Positions 31,416-50,390 of a stretch of DNA of 64,000 bases are shown piece after piece. A program made the translations under genes and the position numbers. Positions within the stretch are counted from its first letter, which is position 1. Every line of letters begins with the position of its first letter. The notes beneath the pieces are model-generated. The model did not search any database. It was not told where the DNA came from and was given only the letters and a program-made list of their open reading frames with translations. The stretch comes from the human T2T-CHM13v2.0 reference genome, Homo sapiens. Location: NCBI RefSeq assembly GCF_009914755.1, contig NC_060929.1. One strand, 5' to 3'.

Positions 31416-34400
31416 TCAGGGAGTGGATTTCAAGATGTTTTAGTAGTACCAAGCGCATGGAGGTGGCTTAGGTGAGTCACTGTCCCTCTGCTCCCCAAGC
31501 CCCACCTCCCACATACTTGAACACTTCAACCAGAGCGCCTCACTTTTTACATGGGCCACCCCATTTGAAAAGTGAATCTGTCTGTTCATAGAGGGGGGCA
31601 CTTAAACATAAAAGGAATTTTGAAGGCCACAAGCTTAGACACTCTTCTTGATGTTGGCAGAGACATCATCAATTGAGAACTGGCTTATGGTAACAGAAGA
31701 CGGCACTATCACAAGCCAGCTGTGTTTCCTGAGAATATTCCCTTGGGCTACTGATAGAGATTTCACTCCTACATAGAAATAATATCTTAGAATAGGTTGC
31801 TCTGCAGATAACTAGGCTCACACTTTCAACATCGCTCCTTGCAATCACTGTTTCAGAGAGTGGCTGTTTCCTAAACTCACTGCATCTTAAGAACTGTGTA
31901 TGGGTTATAGGATATTCACATACAGAATATGCATAGTTAAATAGGATTCTTCTTTAAGGGAAGAGAAGCTGCTTCCCCAATTTGGTATGTATCTTGCATC
32001 TTAGATAAGACTTTATAGAACGAGGAAATTCGTGTCTACTTCTAACACCCTCAATGGAGAATATCCTGTTTTAAAATGTTAGTATGTTTATATGTATACA
32101 TAAATAATATGTTGATATGTATAGTTTTTATACGTGTGTATGTGCATGTATACTCCATTGAGAAAATCACTTTACTCCACTGAGAAAATCATTCAGTTTA
32201 ATTATGTGCTCTTATTCAAGCGCATTGTTTGCTGTTGACAGTGGTAATGGCAATAAATGCACTGATACATTTTGGCCTTTTTGAGGTTTTGAAGAGTAAC
32301 ATGGTAACCTTTAGAAGGGCAGCTGATACAACAACATTCCATTTCTGATTTTCCTCTGGAAGGTTTTTTAAAAGCTCACATTTCTTCTAATCCCCTTACG
32401 TGACATTTTCTCCCAAACTATGATTTTGGCTCTATTTCTGTGCAAATGAATTGAATTTTATGAAGGAGTCTTTGGAAAGAGAGGGATGTGTGCTGTCCAA
32501 AAGATGCCCATAGAGCTTTTTATAGCATTTAAAACTTACCCACAAAATTCTGACCACAGGATAATCGAACCACAGATACTGCTTCTGTATGTTTACCTAT
32601 AAAACTACTATACATTAAATATCTGAAATATTTTAATACTTTGTATTCTATTATCATAAGTTAATTCAACATTTGATGGAGAAGTTAATGGAATCCCAAT
32701 AACTCTTGAAATTTTTAATTACTTATTATGGGTTCATGTTCAAAATTTTTTCTTCTAAAAAATTTCCATTATCATAAGTATTTTCATCCACCTCAAACCC
32801 ATAAAAAGAATAAACTATGCTATGCTTACAGAGTTATGCCAGAATCTTTGTTGTGGGATTCTTTTCTAATGAAAGTGGTTTTTTTTTCTGCCCATTTTTA
32901 AGTGAGGGACACAAGTAAATGTTTGAAAACAAAGCGAGAGTTTTTAAACCAACATGTTTGGTATCCAAAATATGAATAACATACAGGTGACTGAAAAGAA
33001 GATATTTCCTAAAATTTCACCAAGGAATGTCAGGTATGAGCTACTTGTTGGGAGAGCCAAAGATCGAGTTGTTGAAATAATACCAGGAACAGCTCATGGA
33101 AGCTGCCTTCCAACAACTACATCTTATTTCACCAGTGGAATTTGGAAGCTGTCAGCAAAATGTAAAATGTATCCCCAACGGCCTTCTCTGGTTTCTTCCT
33201 GGCTGTTCATTTGGTTTATTTAACATCATTTGCTTTCTTTTTAAACCCTAAGGGACAGAGATGGGGAAGAGTGTGTATTAAAAACCATTCTGTCTCCTTT
33301 TAGTTCCTCTGAGCCAGATGCGTATTTTCCTTGAGCGTATCATTGGTATTTCTGCTAAAATTCCAAGGGATTCAGAGAAAATCCATCTATATTTTTAATA
33401 AACATGCTGAAAATTTTTTGTTCAGTTGACAGAGTTTAAGTAAATGATCTGTGTTACTGCTAGAAAATCATCTTATTTGCCCATTTTTTGTATTTGCACA
33501 TATAGATTCTCCTGAAACTGTTTAGAATAAAGCAAGTCTTGTGAAGACCCTGTGTGAAGCTGGTGTTTAACTCATAGATTTAATAAATTAATGTCTAGAA
33601 TAGTCAGAGAGACCCAACGCTTTGGCTGTTTGAAAAAAAGACTTGTTATAATTCTCAACTTAGCTATTCTATTATACTATCCAAGTCAGCACAGCATGTT
33701 ACAGGCTTGGGATAGTATTGTGTTATGAGTATGATAGAATTACCTGTGGGTTGAGATGAGTTCAGTTATTTGGTTGAACTATGTGAAATTGCAGTTATTT
33801 GCCTGCTTTTGCCCTGTATAGTGGGGATTTCATACGATTCAATTTAATGTATAAGGTAATACTTCAACTTAAATTCATGTGAATCAATTTCTAAATTGAT
33901 CTATCAACTATACAGTAGCTCCTGAAAGGGGAAAAAGTGGGACAATATTGAGAATGCTGAATAAAATAAGGCCTACTTAGTAAGATACGTAGAAATCTCT
34001 GCTTTTTTTCTCTAAGAGTCCAACTAAGCTAGGTAAGCCTTAGCACTGATCACATCATCCAGAGAGTGGGCTAGGGCATTCTCTGGGCTCCCTGTGGCCA
34101 GGACATGTTGCTACGCTGAGAAGGACAGCATTGGGCCAGTGGCCACTGGATGGCAGTTGCTCAGGAGAGATGTTACAGGTAAAGACAGGATGTTGTCTCT
34201 GGATTTTAGCTTATATAACATCACTCAGTTCAAACTTACTCACATCAACAATGAATGGGTGATCCATTAGCCTGCTATCCTCTTATGCAAAGGTTAAGTC
34301 TTGAAGGACAAGTATGAGCACCTAAATGAAAGGAGGGAAGTGGAGCTGTGATGATTCAGACAGAGGAATCAGCCAGAACAGAGACTGAGCTACTTGGGAG

Positions 34401-36255
34401 AGGTGTCTGACCTGTCTTCGTTACATAGGTTCTTACTACCAACGTCATTCCTCATTTTCTCTTTCCTTCTAATGACTCATCTTCCTTCCGCTAAGTACAA
34501 GTAGACTGCTAACAATTTTATATGTATATGACTTAAAATTTTTTTGAAAAACAGATCATTAGAAACACTGAATTTGCCCTCAAGAGAATAGTTGACAATT
34601 ATCTTGAAGGTGATAATTTTACCGTAGTTAAGAGTGTGAAATTTGGAATCAGAAAGACCCAACTTTGATTCTTAACTCTACCACTTACAGAATGGGACCA
34701 AAAAAAGTAACTCGATTTCTTTAAACCTTGATTTTTATTGGCTATAAAAAGAAAATGAATTATTTATCTAGAACATTAATGCAATCAAACCCTTAGGCAT
34801 TGCTGGTGGAAATGTAAAACGTAGCTCTTTGGAAAACAGTTTAGTTGTATCTTAAGAAGTTAAACATAAACTTATCTTATCACCCAGTACTTATTTTCTA
34901 GTTAGTTACCCAAGAGTAGTGAAAACATATGTCTATTGCTGGATAGTTGGTAGATCCATTCAGAAATGAATTCACATGAACTCAAATTGAAGTATCATCT
35001 TAATCTTCATAACAATATTAGTTATAATAAGCAAAATGTGGAAAAATCAAAAAGTTCATCAACTGGTAAATGGATAAACAAAATGTGATTTATTCATGCA
35101 ATGGAATAACATTCAGTAATGAAAGCCAACAAAATACTTAGACATTCTATAACATGAATAAATGTCAAAAACATTATGCCAAATAAAGGAAACCAGATAG
35201 AAAAGGCTACATATTGGGGTGGAGCCAGGATGGCTGAATAGGAACAGCTCCGGTCTACAGTTCCCAGAGTGAGCAACACAGAAGACGGGTGATTTCTACA
35301 TTTCCATCTGAGGTACCGGGTTCATCTCACTAGGGAGTGCCAGACAGTGGGCGCAGGACAGTGGGTGCAGCTCACCATGCACGAGCCAAAGCAGGGCAAG
35401 GCATTGCCTCACTCAGGAAGCACAAGGGGTCAGGGAGTACCCTTTCCTAGTCAAAGAAAGGGGTGACAGATGGCACCTGGAAAATCGGGTCACTCCCACC
35501 CGAATACTGCGCTTTTCCGACAGGCTTAAAAAACGGCGCACCAGGAGATTACATCCCGCAACTGGCTCGGAGGGGTCCTACGCCCACGGAGTCTCACTGA
35601 TTGCTAGCACAGCAGTCTGAGATCAAACTGCAAGGCGGCAGCGAGGCTGGAGGAGGGGCGCCCGCCATTGCCGAGACTTGCTTGGGTAAACAAAGCAGCC
35701 AGGAAGCTCGAACTGGGTGGAGCCCACCACAGCTCAAGCAGGCCTGCCTGCCTCTGTAGGCTCCACCTCTGGGGGAAGGGCAGAGACAAACAAAAAGACA
35801 GCAGTAACCTCTGCAGACTTAAATGTCCCTGTCTGACAGCTTTGAAGAGAGAGAGCAGTGGTTCTCCCAGCACGCAGCTGGAGATCTGAGAACGGGCAGA
35901 CTGCCTCCTCGAGTGGGTCTCTGACCCCTGACCCCCGAGCAGCCTAACTGGGAGGCACCCCCCAGTAGGGGCAGACTGACACCTCACACGGCCAGGTACT
36001 CCTCTGAGACAAAACTTCCAGAGGAACGATCAGACAGCAGCATTCTCGGTTCAGGAAAATCTGCTGGTCTGCAGCCGCAGCTGCTGGTACCCAGGCAAAC
36101 AGGGTCTGGAATGGACCTCTAGCAAACTCCAACAGACCTGCAGCTGAGGGTCCTGTCTGTTAGAAGGAAAACTAACAAACAGGAAGGACATCCACACCAA
36201 AAACCCATCTGTACATCACCGTCATCAAAGACCAAAAGTAGATAAAACCACAAAG

Positions 36256-37271
36256 ATGGGGAAAAGACAGAGCAGAAAAACTGGAAACTCTAAAAAGCAG
36301 AGCGCCTCTCCTCCTCCAAAGGAACGCAGCTCCTCACCAGCAATGGAACAAAGCTGGACGGAGAATGACTTTGACGTATTGAGAGAAGAAGGCTTCAGAT
36401 GATCAGACTACTCCGAGCTACAGGAGGAAATTCAAACCAAAGGCAAAGAAGTTGAAAACTTTGAAAAAAATTTAGAAGAATGTATAACTAGAATAGCCAA
36501 TACAGAGAAGTGCTTAAAGGAGCTGATGGGGCTGAAAGCAAGACTCGAGAACAACATGAAGAATGCAGAAGCCTCAGGAGCTGATGAGATCAACTGGAAG
36601 AAAGGGTATCAGCGATGGAAGATGAAATGAATGAAATGAAGCGAGAAGGGAAGTTTAGAGAAAAAAGAATAAAAAGAAACAAACAAAGCCTCCAAGAAAT
36701 ATGGGACTATGTGAAAAGACCAAATCTACGTCTGATTGGCGTACCTGAAAGTGACGGGGAGAACGGAACCAAGTTGGAAAACACTCTGCAGGATATTATC
36801 CAGGAGAACTTCCCCAATCTAGCAAGGCAGGCCAACATTCAGATTCAGGAAATACAGAGAATGCCACAAAGATACTCCTCGAGAAGAGGAACTCCAAGAC
36901 ACATAATTGTCAGACTCACCAAAGTTGAAATGAAGGAAAAAATGTTAAGGGCAGCCAGAGAGAAAGGTCAGGTTAGCCACAAAGGGAAGCCCATCAGACT
37001 AACAGCAGATCTCTCGGCAGAAACTCTACAAGTCAGAAGAGAGTGGGGGCCAATATTCAACATTCTTAAAGAAAAGAATTTTCAACCCAGAATTTCATAT
37101 CCAGCCAAACTAAGCTTCATAAGTGAAAGAGAAATAAAATACTTTACAGACAAGCAAATGCTGAGAGATTTTGTCACCACCAGGCCTGCCCTAAAAGAGC
37201 TCCTGAAGGAAGCACTAAACATGGAAAGGAACAACTGGTACCAGCCACTGCAAAATCATGCCAAATTGTAA
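36256..37271 (+). pseudogene. L1 ORF1p, disrupted
   Basis: ATG at 36256, premature TGA at 36400-36402 (codon 49), further lesions near 36540-36590; C-terminal 218 aa open. Confidence 0.95.
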
Positions 37272-37319
37272 AGGTCATCGAGACTAGGAAGAAACTGCAT
37301 CAACTAACGCGTAAAATAA

Positions 37320-41158
<3,839 letters not shown>

Positions 41159-41859
41159 ACAATGAGAACACATGGACACAGGAAGGGGAACATCACACTC
41201 TGGGGACTGTTGTGGGGTGGGGGGAGGGGGGAGGGATAGTTTTAGGAGATATACCTAATGCTAAATGACGAGTTAATGGGTGCAGCACACCAGCATGGCA
41301 CATGTATACATATGTAACTAACCTGCACATTGTGCACATGTACCCTAAAACTTAAAGTATTATAATAATAAAATAAAATTAAAAAAAAGAAAAAAAAAGA
41401 AAAGGCTACATATTATATGATTACATATAAACGAAATGTTCAGAAAAGGCAAATCTATAGAGACATAAAGTACACTGGGGGCTGCTTGGGGTTGAAGACA
41501 GGAATGAATTCACTATATAAAGAGGCAAGAGAGATCTTATCAGAGTTATAAAAATGTTCTAAAATTAGTTAATACTACTAGTTGCACACCTTTGTAAATT
41601 TACTAAAAGTTATCAATTGTGTAAACAGGCAAATTTTACAGTATGTGTAATTTATATCTCAATGAACCTTTTTAAAACAAATCATAGCAATCAACCAAAA
41701 TGATTAAGTCATATGAGTAAGTTTAATGCAAATATTCACTAAAATATTGATATTTGAAAATAGTTTTCAAATAAACCAGTAATAGCCAATTAGAATATTT
41801 AGTGGAAAAAGGGTCCCAATTGTGGGAGCAACAAATACTAAAAAATATTGCTTTACTGG

Positions 41860-42070
41860 AGATATAGCAGAACCTGAGAAGCCTACATTCTTTACTAGTA
41901 TGCTTGGGTTTACAGCCCAGCTACCATTGTGGGAAGGTAAAATTAGCCTCTTCCTGTGTCAGTTTACTCACCTAGGAATGATAACAGTATCTGCACCATA
42001 AGGATGTTGTAAGGAATAAATAAGATAATATTTGCAAAATGCAAAGAGCAATGCCTGGCATATAGGAAAT
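41860..42070 (+). mobile_element. MIR remnant
   Basis: tcagtttactcacct..aatgataacagtatct, gttgtaaggaataaataagataat, aatgcctggcata. Confidence 0.7.
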
Positions 42071-42880
42071 GCTATATAGTGTTATACAATGTTCATGCTC
42101 ATGCATAAAATACAGAAACAAGAATATTCATTACAACATTCTTTGTACAAGTGAAAAATTAGAAATGTCTGTTAATTTAAGAAATGACTATATAAATAAT
42201 GCCAATATTTTGAAGACTATGTAGTATTTTTAAAGAATGACATAGAACCATATGTTTTAGTCTGGAAAAAATCTCAAGGATACACTGTTAATGGAAAATA
42301 GAAAGATACAGAACAATAAAAATAGAATGATTCTATTTAAGTTAAAAGCATGTTGCCTGTGCACATAAGTGTATGTGTGAGTTATTAAAAGAATAGGTTC
42401 TGAAACGATATATACCTATCTGGAGTGTGGATGGTAAGTGTGTGAGAGAAAAGACTTTAACTTTTTATTTTGCATTTCTTCCTTGTTTAAATATTTAAAC
42501 ATAAGAATATATTCAAGAACTCACATAAGGATTAAAGTGGAAAGTTAAACAAATAGGCCTGCTACGCATCTCACAGAGTGGGCGCTGCCATCCAATGAGC
42601 CTTTCTATGTAAAGAGTGCTGCACATCAGCGCATAAGAGCAAAACAGCTGTGCACCGATGTGTTCAGTAAGTGATGGCTTTTTAAATCCTGAAAGAGATT
42701 ACCCGTACACTCTCAGAAGCTGACTGAAAGTCTTTATGGAAAAGAGGAAATCTTGCCTCACAGGTCAACTTCAAAGCCATGATGGACATATGTAAAAGAT
42801 ATAAGAAAAGGCCCAGGTCTTAAGCCAAAGTATATTGTAAATCCTTTTATTTTCCTAGATTCAGTGAAACCATTCCTTTT

Positions 42881-42972
42881 ATTATACTTTAAGTTTTAGG
42901 GTACATGTGTACAACATGCAGGTTTGTTACATATGTATACATGTGCCATGTTGGTGTGTTGCACCCATTAAC
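42881..42972 (-). mobile_element. Very short L1PA 3' end
   Basis: attatactttaagttttagggtacatgtg ... gcacccattaact. Confidence 0.9.
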
Positions 42973-44499
42973 TATGAGATTTATTTCTTTAAAGCACACA
43001 TACACACACACACACCTAAAGTGCAATGTTAAGATGTGATAAAATTGTGTTATGGGTCCATGGATTTTTATTATATTATTCTCTATACTTGTCTGCATGT
43101 TTGAAATATTTCATTATAAAATATATATTTTTAAATAAAAAAAACATTCCTTTTGAATTGTGTTGCAAAGATGGCCTTCATTCAGAAATTGGAAAGTACA
43201 GTTAGTATTAGAAGAATATTGCCATCAACAACCTGCTTACTGTACAGTGTTGTCCAGATTAACATAGAATATTCTCACTCATATATTGGATGGTCTGGAT
43301 GAGGAAAGCCCAAGAGATATTTAATGTAAACAAAGCTCAGCTTCCATTTTTTCTGGCTTAGAATCTAATTTGAAATGTCCTGAGTGGTAGAACTCCTTTC
43401 TATCCATTCTCCAGAGAGCATTTCTATTAATCAAATATTTCCTATTAACAAGAAACATTTCCTGACATCCAGTCTAAGTTTTTATCTTTCTTATGGCATT
43501 ACATAATTTGGTTAATAAAATTATCCTATTAGCAGATCACAAATGACATTCATGTTGTTACCCATTTTCTTGTTGTTGCACCGTGATTATGTGGATCTAA
43601 AGCAACCAGGAAATGAAGTGAACGTCATTTTCTTTTATTTCCTTCATCTCTCCCATAGATATGAAGAGTCAGGTCACTAGAAAACAGAATATCATGTGAT
43701 TGTGTTTGACTGCACAACTGGTCTCTATCAATATCTATGCCTGAAGAGGAAGAATGTTTGCCTAGTAAGGTAAAATATTTGGTTATCTACCTCTGTTTGC
43801 CTGACTTATCCCTGCTGGTATTAGTAACCACTATAGAGGAAGAACAAATAGACAATTACAAGAATGTGTGTCAAGATCTTGGACACAAAATTATTTCATA
43901 TTGTTTACATGTAATACTAATCTAAAGCTTGCTAAGACTCAAGTAAAATGTTAGGGTCAGAAAAGACAACATAACTAGAAGCCCTCTTGTTATGTTGAAT
44001 AGGAAAGAAAAAAAGTCCACTGGGTATGAATCACATAAGTTGCCTCTGTGGCAGGTGCCTGCAGCAATTACTTTCCAATGGGTGCTTAATAAAAACAGAA
44101 GATGAAAAACTCAATACGTAAGGTCAATACTGATAACAGTTCATTAGCACAACAAGTTGAGGACAAGCGAAGGATGAATGTGCCTTGTCCTCCAAGCAGC
44201 TGAAGTGCACTTCCCCAGGCTTCTGTCTTCTCTTCTGAGTCACTGAGTCTCTGTGCTCTTTGACACCCTATAACTGGAGGATTATGATTACTTAGTAGGC
44301 TTCTGTGCTTAACTTGATAAAACAATAAAAAGTCACACAGAGAAATCTTAAAAACTCGAGGTAGCTTGTAAAGCCACAACTCCACTGTTATTTCATACCA
44401 CCTTCCTCTCTATCTCACTTCTCCACATTGAAATATGCCCCTTTCCTTGAGATATGAATCACTAAAGTACAAAAACTAGTTTTAAAGTATGCACAGTTG

Positions 44500-44819
44500 A
44501 CCAGGCACAGTGACTTACACTTATAATGCCAGCACTTTGGAAGGCTGAGGCAGGAGCATCACTTGAGGCCAGGAGTTTGAGAGCAGCCTGGGCAATAGAG
44601 CCAGACCCTCTTTCTACCAAAAATAATAATAATAAAAAACAGCTGGGCATGGCGGTGCAAGTCTGTAATCTCAGCTACTCAGGGGGCTGAGGCAGAAGGA
44701 TGAGTTGGGCCCAGAAGTTTGAGGCTGCAGTGAGCAATGATTGTACCACTGTACTTCAGCCTGGGTGACAGAGCAAGAGCCTGTCTGTTAATAAATGAAA
44801 AATATAAAATAAAATAAAA
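44500..44819 (+). mobile_element. AluJ
   Basis: cacttgaggccaggagtttgag..cagcctgggcaa, gaggctgcagtgagc; (TAAAA)n tail. Confidence 0.93.
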
Positions 44820-47800
44820 TATTGATAGTAGTATTTAGTGGGAAAACATTAATTTGAGTCTACTCATAATTTTGAATTTTGAGATCTGGATTCATTTAAT
44901 AAAAATCATGTTGAGTACATTTTCCAAACTATTTGAATACATGTTCTCCTTATCTTATGAACTAATTTAACTTTACCATAGCTTCAGAGAAAATGGCTTG
45001 CCTCGTGGTGTGTGATAACCTTTGGGTGGGCACAACTCCATCAGCAGCTATTCCTGAGACAGGAAATGGTGGCTCTGTGATCACAGTTTCATTGGAATAT
45101 TTGGTGTAAAATGTAAAAGAAAATATGGCAACACATGGGAGGATGACAACAGAGGGGCTACGGTGACATATTGCAGGGGTCATGAGAGTCATAGGAGACA
45201 CTTGGCATCCTAAGGACCAAATCTTAAAAGGAAAGCCCAGGACAATTGTGTATTTCCCTTTGTAAATAGTATTAAACGCATTTAAAAAGTATTACATCTA
45301 GAGAGCTAAGTTAATGTTCAAGTCCCTCTAATCTATCTGCCCACTTCCCACCGCTGCCTTCTAGCACATTTCATAGAGAGGATAATTCCTTTTAAATTGA
45401 TTTCTCTCTGGGCAGCATTTCCTTTCTTTGTAATAACGCATCCTGCACAACGAGCTCTTTAGACTTCAGAACATTATAATCTAAAGAAAAGGCAGAATCA
45501 TCTCCACCAAATGTGGAAATCTGATTGTGTAGTGGGGAAGACTTAGCTCCCTCAAGTTGTGCTCTAGGGCCAAACCCTTTTCCATTTCTACTGAGGATGT
45601 CAATGGAGTGCTGAGAGGTGGAACTCCAATTAGGGGAAGACTGAGGGGCTGTTCCTATAGACGCTCCATGGGAGGGCCACTTAATAACAGGAAGCTCATT
45701 GGTCCTGAAGCCCTCAGGGTCCTCCAGAGGGCTAGGGTGCCAACAGGGACATCCTTGGAGGGGTCCTCACCCTGGGCTTGGAGAGTCCATCTCACCATCA
45801 CTCTCAGATGATTGCCTGGCAGCTGCAGGATGTCCCAGGGCCCGACTTCTCCCTTTCACAGCCTCACTCATCTCCCTGAGGTATGTCTTTCCTGAGGTTC
45901 TGGAATCAAGAATGTTTAGTAAATCATATAGGCCTGTCTGGGACCTTTTCATGGCAGATGTTTCTGAATTCTTTCTCTCTTGACAGATAACTCTCCCATC
46001 TTCCAGGAATTATTAATGAGTTTTCTAGTTCTCTGATCTCTTGGTGATACTTTAACCAGCAAGACATTTTGTTGTCTTGTCATTTTGCCTAACCCAATTT
46101 TTATTTTTTCTTGAAAAAAAATCAGTATAATATGCTAAGATCAACAGAACTTTGGGCTGGTCTTCTAAGGAAATGGTGTCACCCTTTTAAAAGAAAACAT
46201 CAAAGCAAGCAACCAACAATTGCAATAGAAGGCCAACACTGTTCCTTCTAAAAACAGGTCAGAATCATCGTCTCTCTGGCTTTGAAGAACTTTGCATTGC
46301 TAGGTCTCTGTTATTTTCTCCCAGCCATTCTTTTCGGGATTTTCTGTCTGCTGCCATCCGCTAACCTTTGCATCCCCTTTCTCCAGCCTACCCCTCATGT
46401 TGGGGTAACAGCCTGTTGTATCTGTAAAAATACAACACATGTCTCAACAAGATTTCTAGCTTAGTCACGGCAGCCACCAGAACACTCTACAAATGTAAAA
46501 GATGACCCCAACCTGAAGGCTTTGGAATATCTAACTCAAAAATAAACTTTATTCTGGAGAAATAGGAAATGTATCCAGCAAAAACAACTTCAGCTCTTTC
46601 ACAGGTGAAAATAAAAGGACTGGTGGCAAATCAAAGCACTACTTGGTACAGAGATTGCTGTTTGCTTGGTCAAAGGTTGCACTGTCACCCTTTTCAAAGT
46701 TTAATTGCCTTCACAGCAATCTACCCGGTATTGGCTTTCCTGTTTGTCTTATTAGGGCAGCAAAGTACACCCTGTGTTCTCCTCACAGGGAATATCTTGT
46801 TTCATCACTAATTGTCAAGATTTGGGAAAAGGTCAACTAAGCTTATCTAAACGCCTACTAAAAATAAAAACCCTTTGAATGATTATCTTTTCTAAAAAGA
46901 TAAATTATGGTGAACATTACTTGTAAAATCTTAGTCTAATAATCTTTCTCAAGACATTTGCATTTCATTAATAATGTTAACATATTCCTGACATGTTATT
47001 AATGTTTTACAGATTAGAAAGTGTGTGTATATATGTGACTTTATTCATTTTCAAAACAGCATTTTGAGGTAAGAAATATTATTTTTTCTTTTTAAAATTA
47101 TAGATGATAAAATTACATTTCAAATAATGTATATAACTGGCTCACGAAAATATAGCAAACCAAAGTTTCCATTATTCCACATTGCTTCTCATCATTTCTT
47201 AGACTGAAGAATGGAAAGTTCATGGACCTGTAATTAGTGACAGACACAAGAGGGACAGATGAACTCCTGATATTATATCTAAAGCTTGACCCCTCCCTCT
47301 TCTTTCCAGAGTAGTTCAAAATTACACCCTATTCTACCCATTGTGGGCCAAGAAGCAGCACCTGATGACCCCATGTTACATGGCGAGCCCCAAAGGGACC
47401 ATTCTCACCTTAAATAATTTCATGGCACGCAAGACCAAAGAACTCCATAGTGGCACACACCAACTAGTTGCATGACAGAGGACACAAGGGAGATTCTGAA
47501 CCCTGCTACCTCTCTGTTTTGTGGCTAAAAGTTCAACAGATACAGGATTTGAAGGCATCCCATGCTGGGATTGGAGAGGCTCACCTTTACATTGTTTTGG
47601 GAAAGTATTATTCTTCTCCAATGAAGTTGTGTGTTAGATGCAAGTTATTCTGACTGACCTTGGGATTGTCAACCTTATCTTCTTCTTAGTTCAAGCACAA
47701 AAAGACAAGGTTTGTGCACCCCTTGTCTCAGTTGTGAATAAATGTTGGCCTAATCCTGAGGATAAAAATAGAGCAATCTCTCATTAAAATTCAAGTTATA

Positions 47801-48011
47801 TGAGGAGAAAGTTGTTTTCTTTTCTGTTTTGTTCACTGCTGCTTCCTTATTGTCTACAAACATGCCTGGTACATCATAGAGGCTGAATATGTAGTATTTG
47901 GATGGAATATAATATACGGATGTGTGTGTATCTGTCTATATGTCTGTCTGTCTGTCTGTCTATATCTCAACACTTTGTCAAATCTGACCCTCCCGACCTT
48001 AAGGAGCATGG

Positions 48012-48410
48012 TGTGGTAGACAATGATCACGCTCCTAATACACATTCTCCCCATTCCTTCCTGGTGATAAAACTCTCAATTTTTAGCTGGGTGCATGGCC
48101 ATTTAGAGGAAAGACTGCATTTCCCAATCTTCCTTGCAGCTAGACCTTGCCATGTGGTTAGGATCTGAGCAGTAGGTGGAGGGGAACGTCTCCTGTCCAA
48201 GTTCAGTAGGTATCTTGCCTCTTTCCCTCTGCCTAAATGTGCGTGAGATGGCTGGAACACCAGAGGCCAGGAGGTAGAAGCCACATGTTCAAGATGATGG
48301 AGCAATTCCATGGCTGGAGCCTGAGGTCCTGACAATCATGATGCACAGCCCCATAAGCCACTGTTAAGCCACTGTTATTTTGGGTTTTCTGTCACATGCT
48401 TTTTTCCATA
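48012..48410 (+). mobile_element. MLT1-family LTR
   Basis: tgtggtagaca start, aaagactgcatttccca..ccttgcagctag..gccatgtg, aagccactgttattttgggttttctgtcac end. Confidence 0.75.
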
Positions 48411-48554
48411 ATACCTTTATAAAGTTTTCTAATAGTTGAATGAATACAACATTCTATTTTATTGCTATATTCTTGCTTTTGTTTTCATTGAACACGAATT
48501 TTGTGGAGTGTTGCTTCTGCTTGTAATCAATGTTGACTCATCCTAGAAATCTAA

Positions 48555-49070
<516 letters not shown>

Positions 49071-50390
49071 TAAAACCAGTCCTATGCATTTTTCAAATAC
49101 ATGGCAAACAGGCCAGAGATACAGACTAATTATTTTCCCATGAAACTACTGTACTTCCTGTGAACAAACAGATTCCCACCTGCACTTTAAGGACCACCTC
49201 TCCACTAGTGGTCCCAGATTCCTCTTTCTCAACTGTTTCTTAAATAATGCTTTCTTGGTCTACATTCTTACAGCCAATATTTTATTGAAATTCATTTCAC
49301 TTCCTCTTATTTAAGAAAGAAATCACCATAAATAAGTTTTTCACTATCAGCACCTTCCCTGATATTTTCCCAATTCAAATGGCGTTTATTGCCATCACTA
49401 TCACCTTCTTGAGAGTTACTGCTTTCTTTTTGCCTGTATGTTCAATTGTATCTCAGACATCTCACAGGTTTTTCAAGCTCAGCATTTTCATATTTGAAGC
49501 TCTCATAATCATCCTCCCCTCCACACCTGTTCCATTTCCTATGTTGATAATTTCACTCTGTCTCAGTAGCCTGAGTCAGAAACCTGGGAGATATCCTATC
49601 TCAAAATGCTGTTTTGAAAATGAATAAGGCCACATATGTACACGCACTTTCTAATGCATGAAACATTAATAGAATGTCAGAAATATGTTAATATAATTGA
49701 TGAAATGTGAATTTCTTGAGAAAGATTATTATCTAATATTAATTTTCCATATTATTCAATATGAATTCATTCTTTCAATATGGATGAATTGGTTCCATAT
49801 TCAGTTGGTCACCAAGTCATCAATGCCAACACAGGCTTGGGTTTTCCTCTTTTGGCTATTATGTTATTTAATTTATCATCACTTATTACCTGAGATTTAT
49901 CAGGAGTCTTCACACTCTGCTTCCAATCAGCCCACTTCAGTTCATCCCCCACCCCTCAGTCACAGAGTTCTGTCTACACTGGAATCGTGGGCATAAGACT
50001 CTTCTCTTAACTCCCAAACTGAGCGATTCTGAACTGAAGCCCTGGCCACTGCCTGCTCTTGGGCTTCATCTGCCAGCCATCCCTTTACATTCTGTACTTC
50101 TGCCAGCAGCAGTCTGCAGTTGGGGGAATTGGGGGAATGGGCTTTGGGGTTAAACCTGCATCCTCCTCATATGCCCAGTTTCCTTCAAGACAGCCTTTAA
50201 AACCCAGCAGAACTGCGAACTGTCAAGCACTTCCCTGACCCCCAACCTTGACCAAGGATCAAGTCTTACCATGTAGAATCTACTAGATCACCTTGTGAGC
50301 AGCTCCATAGCTGAGATCACCTTTGCCTCTATCTTTGGCATCAAGCAAGGAACTTCACATCTAGTGGGTTGTTGGAAGTTAGTTGCTTAA

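Noticed and set aside
45557-46840. Cluster of short ORFs in unique sequence as coding exons
   Set aside because: No recognisable protein similarity, frequent stops, and no consistent splice or frame structure.
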